IMG/VR virus record: IMGVR_UViG_3300029319_009270
Span: 26,545-90,544 of that record
Origin: a virus
Direction: 5' to 3' (one strand)
DNA length: 64,000 bases
The notes beneath the pieces are model-generated. The model was not told the DNA's origin, searched no databases, and saw only the letters and a program-made list of their open reading frames with translations. Made by a program: the position numbers and the translations under genes. This document shows positions 45,586 through 54,747 of this stretch, one piece after another; the first letter of the stretch is position 1; each line of letters begins with the position of its first letter.

Positions 45586-48435
45586 TCATATGCTTTCTGT
45601 TGTTGAATAATTTGCTAATAAAAGGCTACCATTGTCTGGTAAGCTAGCAGTTACAAAAAATATTGTTGATCCTGTAACTGAATAATCTTGAAAAGGTGCT
45701 CCTGTAATGGATGTTGCAGGCATTTGAAGTAGACCATTGACAAAGACAGAAACATTTTTATTCGCTGTCGGTGCATGGTTAAGGGTAAATCTGGTATTAG
45801 ATCCATCTGCCTCCCCTATATATTCGTTATAAACTGAATTGGGGGCTGATAAAGCTATAGAGCCATTTGATTGTGATGTAACTGTTATGCTACCGTTTGA
45901 TATGATATAACTAGTTCCATCATTAAGCTTTGTCAAAGAACCGGTTATGCCATTTGATACTCTTAGAGATCCTGTTGCTTCAATAGCTACATCTGCAGTA
46001 TTACTACGAATTCTTAATCTTTCTTTTAAATTTGAACTGTTAAATGTTGATAGGACGATGTCATTTGAACTGCTACCTGAAAACCTTAATTGTGCTCCTA
46101 CAACTCCGCCGGCGCCTTGGAAGTTTATGTCACTATTTTGAGCATTGTTTGTTCTACGAAAAACAAGACTCGGGTCAGCAGCATGTAACTTAACTGTAGT
46201 ATCGTCGAATGTAAAAGCTGAACTGGCACCAAAAGATCCGCCATCGTTAAATTGAATTTGAGTATCTGAACCTGCAGGCGAAGACTGAGCTGAAGTTATT
46301 GTAACTTGTCCATTTGAAGCTGATGTTATTGTTACGTTGTCACCAGCAACAAGGTATGAAGTACCATCAACCAGTTGAGTCAACGAACCGCTAAAACCCA
46401 TTGAAGCTGTAATGTATCCTTTCGTGAAAACATTACCTTCTTCACGAACCATAAAAATTGCATTAGTATCGGTGTTTGTACCTGCAGCGTGTGCACTGGC
46501 GGGCTGCAAATTATTGAAGATTCTAAATTTCTGTCCCGAGTCACCGCCATTAAGATCTAGGAACATATCAATAGACTTTACGCTGGCGATAGATGTGAAG
46601 TTTCCACCGCCATTGTATGTAAAGTCTATTTCGCTAGTGTTGTCTCCTGTACCAAAGGCGATCTTGTTGTCTCCTGTAACCAATTGCCCACCAAGCACAG
46701 GTGATGTGTCTTCTGAGAGCTCTGTAATGGCTGATGCTATTGTGACTTGTCCATTTGAAGCAGATGTGATTGTTACATTATGACCAGCAACAAGATATGA
46801 AGTACCATCTGTCAACTGTGTCAGTGAACCTGATATATCACTAGTAACAAAAGATCCGGAAACAACTACATCACCACCAAATACCGCTGTTCCCTTGCTA
46901 TTTGTTTTTGCAGAACCAACTGAACCTGAAACATAAAAGCTTACATCGTTGCCTGTTGTTTCATCAATTGATGAGGCTGCACCGCCAGACATGATCAAAA
47001 CTTGTGTATTAACCCCATCTTCTTTGAGATTAATCATATTTTTGTCACCAGCACTTAGCGTTATCTCATCAGCCTGTAAACGTACGAAAGTATCTGTGTC
47101 ATTTCTGTGATACAGATATTCGCCTATTTCCATGCTACCGCCAACAGATAACTTATAAGATGGTGTGCTTGTTCCAATACCTACTTTACCTGCTGATGTG
47201 ATGTGAACCTGGCTACCTACTGCAGCGCTTTGATTTACTGCTAGCGTTCCCGATATTGATAAGTCACCTCCAAAAAGTGATGTGCCTCTAACAGCTGAGC
47301 CGCGCGAGCCAACAGAGCCAGATACGTAAAAACTAACATCAGTACCATTTGCTTCATTAGCAGATGCTGGTGAACCGCCTGATAAGATAAGTACTTGGTC
47401 AGTCCCACCGTCAACAAATATAGCGCTTTGTTTATTGCTCGACTCAATCCTGAAATCTTTATCAGCTCCTGATTCATTTACTACTACAGCACCATCAAGA
47501 AAAGAGTCACCGGTAACCGTAAAAGTACTACCATCAAAAGTAAGATTTGCTTCGCCGTTAAGTGCATCTGATGACGTGAATGTTGCAACTCTATTGTCAG
47601 CTCCGTTACCTACTGATGATACAGCACCACCGCCGCCTGCTGTCGAAGATATTGTAATTTGACCACTAGATCCAGAAGTAATTGTTATATTGTTACCTGC
47701 TGCCAAGTAAGATGTTCCATCTGTCAGCTGGGTAAGCGACCCGGATAAACCCGTCTCAAAAAATCCTTTATCTGCAAAATCTCCAACATAAGCAAAAGCC
47801 TTAGCGTGAGCAGGAATCTTAGATGCGTTATAATCTTGAAGAAATAATATTCCGTTATAAAAATCAACATTCCAATCAATATTATCAAGTAATGGTATCT
47901 GATCGCCAATACCTCCTGATCCATTATCTTCATAGATATTAATAATGTAAGGATTGGGTGCTGCTTGTGAGAAAAATGGTGGAACTAATTGAACCTTACC
48001 CAATGTTTCATGGACAATTCCATTATCATTAAAAATAGTTCCTTTTTTTGGATTGCTCGAATTAGATTCATAATCTGATCTAAATACAAACTTATATGCA
48101 TGAGGACCTGATGTCTGTGATGATTCGCCTGAATCTACACCAGAGCCACCATCAGGATTAGTTTCATTTGCATCGTAAGTTGTACCTGTCAAAACTGTTA
48201 ATGCAAAGTGTATATATTCTACTGTTGCGGGAGCTCCATCTGATGCACTTTGCAACAAATATAAAGTTTGTGATGGATCCAAAGGTATGGGTTGACCAAA
48301 TATTTGAGATGAAGCTGCCTGTATATTGGAGCCAATTAACTCTTCACCATCTGTTTTAAGATTAGATGTGTGCGCTTTACCTAAAAGCTTCTTCTGTGCA
48401 AAAAATGTTGCGGAGGTATTACTTTTTCCTGCCAT
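45586..48435 (-). CDS. Large tail fibre-like protein with four SGSLTQL.DGTSYL repeats
   Basis: 949 aa; GKVGIGTSTP, PAGSDTQIQFNDGG and VFVNGLLQ motifs. Confidence 0.78.
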   Translation of the reverse strand: MAGKSNTSATFFAQKKLLGKAHTSNLKTDGEELIGSNIQAASSQIFGQPIPLDPSQTLYLLQSASDGAPATVEYIHFALTVLTGTTYDANETNPDGGSGVDSGESSQTSGPHAYKFVFRSDYESNSSNPKKGTIFNDNGIVHETLGKVQLVPPFFSQAAPNPYIINIYEDNGSGGIGDQIPLLDNIDWNVDFYNGILFLQDYNASKIPAHAKAFAYVGDFADKGFFETGLSGSLTQLTDGTSYLAAGNNITITSGSSGQITISSTAGGGGAVSSVGNGADNRVATFTSSDALNGEANLTFDGSTFTVTGDSFLDGAVVVNESGADKDFRIESSNKQSAIFVDGGTDQVLILSGGSPASANEANGTDVSFYVSGSVGSRGSAVRGTSLFGGDLSISGTLAVNQSAAVGSQVHITSAGKVGIGTSTPSYKLSVGGSMEIGEYLYHRNDTDTFVRLQADEITLSAGDKNMINLKEDGVNTQVLIMSGGAASSIDETTGNDVSFYVSGSVGSAKTNSKGTAVFGGDVVVSGSFVTSDISGSLTQLTDGTSYLVAGHNVTITSASNGQVTIASAITELSEDTSPVLGGQLVTGDNKIAFGTGDNTSEIDFTYNGGGNFTSIASVKSIDMFLDLNGGDSGQKFRIFNNLQPASAHAAGTNTDTNAIFMVREEGNVFTKGYITASMGFSGSLTQLVDGTSYLVAGDNVTITSASNGQVTITSAQSSPAGSDTQIQFNDGGSFGASSAFTFDDTTVKLHAADPSLVFRRTNNAQNSDINFQGAGGVVGAQLRFSGSSSNDIVLSTFNSSNLKERLRIRSNTADVAIEATGSLRVSNGITGSLTKLNDGTSYIISNGSITVTSQSNGSIALSAPNSVYNEYIGEADGSNTRFTLNHAPTANKNVSVFVNGLLQMPATSITGAPFQDYSVTGSTIFFVTASLPDNGSLLLANYSTTESI

Positions 48436-51400
48436 CTATCCGCTCCACGTCACTGAAATACGATTAATATAACCAGTCCAATCTTTATGAGCTGAAAGTT
48501 TTAAAACAAAATATTCAGCTCCTGAAGCTGTGCCATCAACAGTTTGTCCATTGAAAGTGCATACGTTTGTTGCACCTGATCCGTCGATTGTTGCGTCTAT
48601 ATCACCAAATAAGCACCCATCTCCTTCTGAAATATTTCCTGCTCCTGCGGAAGGTTTTCCTAAATCTAAAAATTCTGTTTTTCCGGGGATGTTTAATTCA
48701 ACAAATACATTTTTATTTTCTCCTAGTGTTGCTTGATTTGCCCCAGTGATCCCAACAAGTGTTGCATCTCCATACAAGACAATTGTTATTCTTGCCAAAT
48801 CGTTGCTTGTATTATTTAAAAATCCCCTATAATACTCTCTAGTCGACTCACCCAATGAACTATAATTAACATTACTAGAGGGGCCATCAAAAAGTCCACC
48901 GTCTGTATAGTTTCTAAAGTCTCCTAAATTACCTCCATCAATTGGGCTTATAAGCTTTTTATCAAATAACATTAGACCGGTGTAATATCCTGGGAAATCT
49001 GTATTATCATTTAAAGATCCTGTTGATGACCAATTATAAGTTGTTGATGTTACATTTGATTGTGATCCATAACTACCGCTCTGTATTCTAAATACTTCTC
49101 CTGTAAAGTTTTCATTAGTATTAGCATTTGAAGTATCGCTAGAAGAATAGACAAGTAACACTGATGATGTCATTATTAAAGTATTATGTGTATCTAAATT
49201 AGATTTAAGCGGGTGATCAAAAACAAGTGATCCTGTTGCTGCATGTTTCGTGTAGTCCGAGTAAGACCCGCTCAAAGATCCTGTTAGAGAAAACCTAATC
49301 GATCCAGTAACATCGCAGGCTTGTTGTTCAGAATCTGCACTGGTACTTAAAGTTTGAAGGCCTGCTGTTGATGACGTGGTCGTCTTAGTTGACGTTAAAC
49401 CAGATCCGGCTTGAATAAGTTTAACACCTGTCGCATTACTTAAATTAGCAAAAGATAACGCTGAATTACTGTCAGAATAGACGTTTCTATATAAATTATT
49501 TACTCTTACTTCTATACTTCCGCTAGGTTGGATAAAGTATTTAACGCCACTCAAATGAAAAATATTGTCGTCTTCAAATGGTTTAATTGTTAAACCTTCT
49601 ATGCTTAATGCGTTGCTATCACTATCATTAACCCATTCAACATAATTTGTCTCCCTATCAGTCCCAGCAACATTGTGTATAACTCTAGCATAGTTCCAAC
49701 CGTTTCTTTGATCAGCAGTGTGTACTTTATACCTACCGGTTCTATATATCTCAGTGAAGTCAGGAACTCCATTGTTAAATTCAGCAGCTTCCCATGTGCT
49801 TAAATTAGTAAATCCGGAACCATTACTATTTACAGAAGTTCCTCCACCTGACCCAGGAACTCCTGATCCTACCAAATCAAAAGCACCGGTAATTTCAACT
49901 TCATGAACAACTGATCCATTTACTTCGAGCTTTAATGAACCGGTATTTGCATCTGAAAATGAATTGGCAACATGATTGGTATGTGATCCATTTGAGTTTG
50001 CTGACACATCCTCATTTAAATCGCCAACAATATGAGTATCTTTTGCAAATACTGACCTTCTAAGATTGTTGCTGTTAGCACTAGTTTCGTAAAGACCGTT
50101 AAGGTTAACGGCAGAAAATCCTGCTGCTGTTCCGACATTAGTGTAACCTGAAATTGATTTTGAAGATCCAAAAGAAAGATTAGAATCAGTTCCGTCAACA
50201 TTGCAATCGATATCATCTAAATCAGGTATTGCTGATATTGTTCCTGTACCTGCACCGAAAGTGACTACCACATTTTCAATATTTCCTGTCCAATTTGCAT
50301 CAGCCTCAATTCTGATTCCTATATACTCATTATTTCCGACACCAATAGTTCCTAATGTAACAAAATTTGTTGCATCTAAAGTTGAATCAAAAGATAAAGA
50401 TCCATTTGCGGTGTGCGCTCCATTGTTATCTGAATATGCGTCCAAAACAAATTCTGAAGCTAGGTCTAACCAACCTGTTTGCCTCGTTCCGTTTGATGGA
50501 AACTTAACAAACACTCTAATTCTGCCGCTATTTAAACTAGTCGCTGCTGAAACAATTGTACTGCCAGAACCTTGTATTGCGATTGTAAGGTCACGCTTTG
50601 AAGATCCCGTTTCATTTTTAAACCATCTATAAAATGTTCTTTTACCAGACTGGGATGAGTAATTTGGATTTTCAGCGGGACCATTGATTAATTGTGAAAA
50701 ATCGCCTGCGTGGATTGTATTTAGAGGCGAAACTAATTTTGTACCAAAAAATTGCAAACCATCAGAGTGTCCTCCATTAGATGAAGACATATGAACGCTA
50801 CCCGTCCAAATATTTGATGCATCAATTAAAGAGGCTTGCGTATCATAAGCACCGCTTACGATTCTAAAATTTTCTCTTTGAAATGTTTCTGTTTGAGCTG
50901 TCGAATTGTTTGATGAACTATACATCAAAATTTGTTCAACTATTGACTGCCCTGCTTGTGAAAGATTTGCTTTGAGTGGATGAGTTACATTAATTGAAGC
51001 TGTTAAAGCGCCACTCAAAAAGTAGTTTGCTGTAATCTCTCCTGACCCAGTCAAATGTAAAACTTTTGTGTGATCTTCACCTCCAGCAATACTAGGTTTT
51101 GATTGTGCAGCAATCGAAAAAGACGGACTAGAACTAGTTAGAGCACTATTAGCAGTGTTAAAAGTTATATTAGAGTTGTCATAAACATACTTATAAGCGT
51201 TTGTAACACGTGTTTTATATGTCGCAGTACCGCTAAGGAAATATTCAACACCTGATAGGTGTATGCTTCCACTACCTTCAAACTCTATAGAATTACCAGC
51301 TGCTGCTAATGCGTCTGCATTGTCATCGTTAACCCATTCAATATAATTTGTATTTTTTGTTGAACCGGTAAAAACATGAGATACTCTTGCATAATTCCAT

Positions 51401-52230
51401 CCACGTCTTTGACTATTTGCTGCAATTACAAATTGTCCTGTCCTATGTTTAAATGATGTAAATTCATTACCATTTGAAAAAGTACCTGTTGTGGGAGTCG
51501 AAAAGAAATTAAAGCCCGATCCATTTGCATCTAAGTAAGAACCAGTTCCTAGTCCAGACCCACCACTTCCAATTAAATCCGATGTTAAATCTATTTCTTT
51601 AATTGTTGTTCCATTGACATTAAGTCTAAGAACGCCGGTGTCTCCATCACCAAAGGAAAAATCAGGATAATTTTGAACACTATTTCCTTGACTATTTTCA
51701 GTTACATCTGCATTCAACACCCCTGATATATGTGTAGTACCGGCAAACACACCTAATCTAATATTGTTACTGCTAGTTACAACTGTATAAGTTCCGTTAA
51801 CATCTACTGCAGCTTCAACCCCTGCTGAACCTGCAACACTTATATATGCCGGGGTTGCTGATGACTGGTCATTACTAGCCCCAAAAGAAAGCAAAGCTGT
51901 TATTCCTGTTTCTGATGAGTTTATATCATCTAAAGATGGTGCTGGTGATGGCGCAAGTGCTTTTAAAACCTCATTAAATCTATCAACAGCAGTCCCTAGT
52001 AATGTAGAACTAGTAAAGTCTGTAAATAAACCATCCTCATAATCACCGTCTTCGGCATCTCCAATTGTCGCACTTGAAGATCCTGTTATTGAGAATAAGC
52101 CCGATCCGTTGTCGTTTAGTGTAATGTTAGGTCCGGCAACAATGCTTCCAGATAAAAATCCGCCACTACCATCTGCGATTTGCAAGGATCCACTGGAACC
52201 TGACGACTCTGTAACCCTAACGGCCGACAT
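48436..52230 (-). CDS. Large virion structural protein made of two tandem homologous halves
   Basis: 1264 aa; duplicated LDDI...LSFG...NGSGF...QR.GWNYARV.H...TNY.EWVND...HLSGV.YF. Confidence 0.78.
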   Translation of the reverse strand: MSAVRVTESSGSSGSLQIADGSGGFLSGSIVAGPNITLNDNGSGLFSITGSSSATIGDAEDGDYEDGLFTDFTSSTLLGTAVDRFNEVLKALAPSPAPSLDDINSSETGITALLSFGASNDQSSATPAYISVAGSAGVEAAVDVNGTYTVVTSSNNIRLGVFAGTTHISGVLNADVTENSQGNSVQNYPDFSFGDGDTGVLRLNVNGTTIKEIDLTSDLIGSGGSGLGTGSYLDANGSGFNFFSTPTTGTFSNGNEFTSFKHRTGQFVIAANSQRRGWNYARVSHVFTGSTKNTNYIEWVNDDNADALAAAGNSIEFEGSGSIHLSGVEYFLSGTATYKTRVTNAYKYVYDNSNITFNTANSALTSSSPSFSIAAQSKPSIAGGEDHTKVLHLTGSGEITANYFLSGALTASINVTHPLKANLSQAGQSIVEQILMYSSSNNSTAQTETFQRENFRIVSGAYDTQASLIDASNIWTGSVHMSSSNGGHSDGLQFFGTKLVSPLNTIHAGDFSQLINGPAENPNYSSQSGKRTFYRWFKNETGSSKRDLTIAIQGSGSTIVSAATSLNSGRIRVFVKFPSNGTRQTGWLDLASEFVLDAYSDNNGAHTANGSLSFDSTLDATNFVTLGTIGVGNNEYIGIRIEADANWTGNIENVVVTFGAGTGTISAIPDLDDIDCNVDGTDSNLSFGSSKSISGYTNVGTAAGFSAVNLNGLYETSANSNNLRRSVFAKDTHIVGDLNEDVSANSNGSHTNHVANSFSDANTGSLKLEVNGSVVHEVEITGAFDLVGSGVPGSGGGTSVNSNGSGFTNLSTWEAAEFNNGVPDFTEIYRTGRYKVHTADQRNGWNYARVIHNVAGTDRETNYVEWVNDSDSNALSIEGLTIKPFEDDNIFHLSGVKYFIQPSGSIEVRVNNLYRNVYSDSNSALSFANLSNATGVKLIQAGSGLTSTKTTTSSTAGLQTLSTSADSEQQACDVTGSIRFSLTGSLSGSYSDYTKHAATGSLVFDHPLKSNLDTHNTLIMTSSVLLVYSSSDTSNANTNENFTGEVFRIQSGSYGSQSNVTSTTYNWSSTGSLNDNTDFPGYYTGLMLFDKKLISPIDGGNLGDFRNYTDGGLFDGPSSNVNYSSLGESTREYYRGFLNNTSNDLARITIVLYGDATLVGITGANQATLGENKNVFVELNIPGKTEFLDLGKPSAGAGNISEGDGCLFGDIDATIDGSGATNVCTFNGQTVDGTASGAEYFVLKLSAHKDWTGYINRISVTWSG

Positions 52231-52339
52231 AAACTAACTCAACAACTATACTTAAACTTAAACTTGACTATTAAAGTCATTATAAATATATTGTAAAGTT
52301 AATTTTTTTTATGTAAAATAAATTATTTTAAAACAAATA

Positions 52340-53227
52340 CTAATTATTGCCATCAATTTCTTTTAATAATTGTTCTATATCTAAACCCGCGCAATCTATT
52401 TTTCTGTTTGTCAAATGATAATGTGAGCAAAAACCTTTAAATTTATTTGACTTACAAGCGGAATCAACTCCCCACTTAGTATCCGGAGCATTGTACGGTA
52501 TCCCTAATCCTTCATGACACGCTTCCCAAAGCGCTTTAAGTGCTTCAATCTGGACGGGGTAAAAACCTAAAAAGGGCTCCATTTTTCTCCCATGCAGTTT
52601 TTCGTTTTCCAACAAGGGTCGCTCACCATATCCATTGTTCTTGTACCATTTTTGATATTTCGGATAATAAGCATTTGCAATTTCTACACCGACTGAAGAA
52701 TGATTCCAAGATTTTCCACCTGCATGCCATGCAGCATCATTCATATCCATAAGTTGATATATTGTTCCATCATTGTCAATACAAAAATGAACAGAAATAT
52801 TTCTTTTATTTAAAACTTTTACGCATGACGTGCTAGTCAAACATACATCCCAGTGATTAACAAAGAAATTGATATCTCTCTTATCACTATATTTTGATCG
52901 ACCACCGGTTAAATTCAAACCATCGTCATCAACATGAGTTGCAACCTTATCCCATCTGATAGGGATCGGCTGCCCTCTGTAATAAATTGCTTCGGATGAA
53001 TTTTTTAATTGTCGCTTTACATGATCTGATAGTGCATCTCTTTCTGTTTGCAATCTTCTAAACGTCCCAGGTCCACATAATCCGTCTGCCTTAAGACTGT
53101 GCGCTCTTTGAAACTGTCTTATTGCTTTAAGTAACGCATCATCAAAATCTTCATGCCCAGGAATGAACCAGGAAGGATACCAACCTAATTTTGCTGCAGA
53201 AGATTCATTGTAAAACAACTTATCCAT
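52340..53227 (-). CDS. Endolysin: peptidoglycan-binding domain plus N-acetylmuramoyl-L-alanine amidase
   Basis: AIRQFQRAHSLKADGLCGPGT; NHWD, SVHFCID.DGTIYQ, AWHAG, SVGVE, SHY and KIDC. Confidence 0.9.
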   Translation of the reverse strand: MDKLFYNESSAAKLGWYPSWFIPGHEDFDDALLKAIRQFQRAHSLKADGLCGPGTFRRLQTERDALSDHVKRQLKNSSEAIYYRGQPIPIRWDKVATHVDDDGLNLTGGRSKYSDKRDINFFVNHWDVCLTSTSCVKVLNKRNISVHFCIDNDGTIYQLMDMNDAAWHAGGKSWNHSSVGVEIANAYYPKYQKWYKNNGYGERPLLENEKLHGRKMEPFLGFYPVQIEALKALWEACHEGLGIPYNAPDTKWGVDSACKSNKFKGFCSHYHLTNRKIDCAGLDIEQLLKEIDGNN

Positions 53228-53830
53228 TTATTCTAACTCCATTTCAACCTTAACACTTATATTTAGGACTGGAACTCGTAAATGATTTGCTAAATTAATT
53301 TTTTTACATTCTTCTGGTGTAAGATACCAATCTGCATGACCTTTTTCATGAATTCTTTTTAAAAAATATTTATCAGACTTTCCAATATTCTGGGACATCA
53401 TTTTAAATACACGCTCATTCAATCTATTAGCTTCTTCTGCATTTGATTTCAATTCTTCAATTTTACCTATAGATCCGCTACTAACATCATGAATCATGAG
53501 TGTTGAGTATGGATCCATAAATCTGAGCCCTTCTGTTCCAAAAGAAAAAAGTATTGCGCCGCAACTCATTGCTTTTCCTTCTATAATTGTTGCAACAGGA
53601 AGTTCTGAATTTTTAATTGCAGATATCATGCTCATAAGCGAATATACTTGTCCTCCATAAGAATCAATAATAACAGGAATTACATCTTGACCTGTGTTGT
53701 GTGCCAAGGCCATTTTTGAAGCAAATTCCTTTGCGCTATCTTCATTGAATTTATTGACTCTAATCATAATTGGATTATGGTGCAACTCTAATTCTTTTAT
53801 AAGCGGTGATCTTTCGTACCTATATCTCAT
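53228..53830 (-). CDS. clpP: ClpP-like serine protease
   Basis: IDSYGGQV, GKAMSCGA (Ser), LMIHD (His) and DWYL. Confidence 0.88.
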   Translation of the reverse strand: MRYRYERSPLIKELELHHNPIMIRVNKFNEDSAKEFASKMALAHNTGQDVIPVIIDSYGGQVYSLMSMISAIKNSELPVATIIEGKAMSCGAILFSFGTEGLRFMDPYSTLMIHDVSSGSIGKIEELKSNAEEANRLNERVFKMMSQNIGKSDKYFLKRIHEKGHADWYLTPEECKKINLANHLRVPVLNISVKVEMELE

Positions 53831-53882
53831 TATTGTCTCCTTTTACTAACAATAATACTTTAATTTATAACTAATTTACAAT

Positions 53883-54647
53883 CTAACGCCAAGTTAAATC
53901 AGCTGTTTCTTCATCATTACCCTCACTTTCACCCTCTATGGGTGAAATAACAAAATTAGCATCAGGTGTAAAATTATCAGGCTTCTTTAGTGTACTTAAC
54001 AAAGATACTGGATCTGTTTTAGGGTCGGAGTCAGGTTTAGCTAATTGATTTACATAATCATCAATTGCTTCTGCATTAGGACTTGGATCATATGTCGCTA
54101 TATCTTTTAAATTATTCATAATGTCGTCTTGACTAGTTTTAATAACTCTTTCAAAGCTTTGGTATGGTAAAAGTCTAGGGTCTGGATTGTACGGTAAACC
54201 ATCAGGGTCAACATAATACTCTTCACCTGTTTGAGGATCCTTGCTTAACGCAGCATATGAGTAATCATCCCTATAATCTTTTTTAGTAAAAATTAATTTA
54301 CTTCGAGTTGTTCTATCAACTAGCTGATGTGTAGATTTTTCTCCTTCAGGTGCATCTGCCCCTAGACCTCTGGCAACTAAATTGTCGTGAATAAAATTTA
54401 ATGTATCAGCACGTGCAGCACGAAATGCTGCATCATTTATATATTGCTGGTCTTTACCTTTGAAATGACTAGACATTTTACTTAGATTTTTTTTAAAACT
54501 AGATGTCATAAATTTCTCTAACATATCTTTACTAAGACTATTAGGCGCTTTTTCAAAGGAAGGTTGTAAACTACCTCCAAAATTTTTATAAGTCTGAACG
54601 TATACTTCTGACAACAATCTTCTTATTTGCTTTCTTGTGATTTTCAT
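53883..54647 (-). CDS. Hypothetical protein, N-terminal-motif family
   Basis: MKITRKQIRRLLSE; ATAATTAT upstream. Confidence 0.8.
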   Translation of the reverse strand: MKITRKQIRRLLSEVYVQTYKNFGGSLQPSFEKAPNSLSKDMLEKFMTSSFKKNLSKMSSHFKGKDQQYINDAAFRAARADTLNFIHDNLVARGLGADAPEGEKSTHQLVDRTTRSKLIFTKKDYRDDYSYAALSKDPQTGEEYYVDPDGLPYNPDPRLLPYQSFERVIKTSQDDIMNNLKDIATYDPSPNAEAIDDYVNQLAKPDSDPKTDPVSLLSTLKKPDNFTPDANFVISPIEGESEGNDEETADLTWR

Positions 54648-54747
54648 GTGGTGACTCCTTGAAGATAATTATCTTCAATATTTCATTATTACCCCAGTCG
54701 CAATCACAAGGATCACATTTGCAGACAGGACAACAAACTATCCGCAT
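54586..54747 (-). CDS. Possible Cys-rich microprotein (53 aa), not in ORF track
   Basis: MRIVCCPVCKCDPCDCDWGNNE...; ATG overlaps the nrdJ end. Confidence 0.4.
   Translation of the reverse strand: MRIVCCPVCKCDPCDCDWGNNEILKIIIFKESPHENHKKANKKIVVRSIRSDL

Noticed and set aside
42286-52230. Diversity-generating retroelement or CRISPR array in the repeat-rich region
   Set aside because: Repeats are in-frame protein repeats; no reverse transcriptase, adenine-specific TR/VR pair or regularly spaced repeat-spacer array was seen
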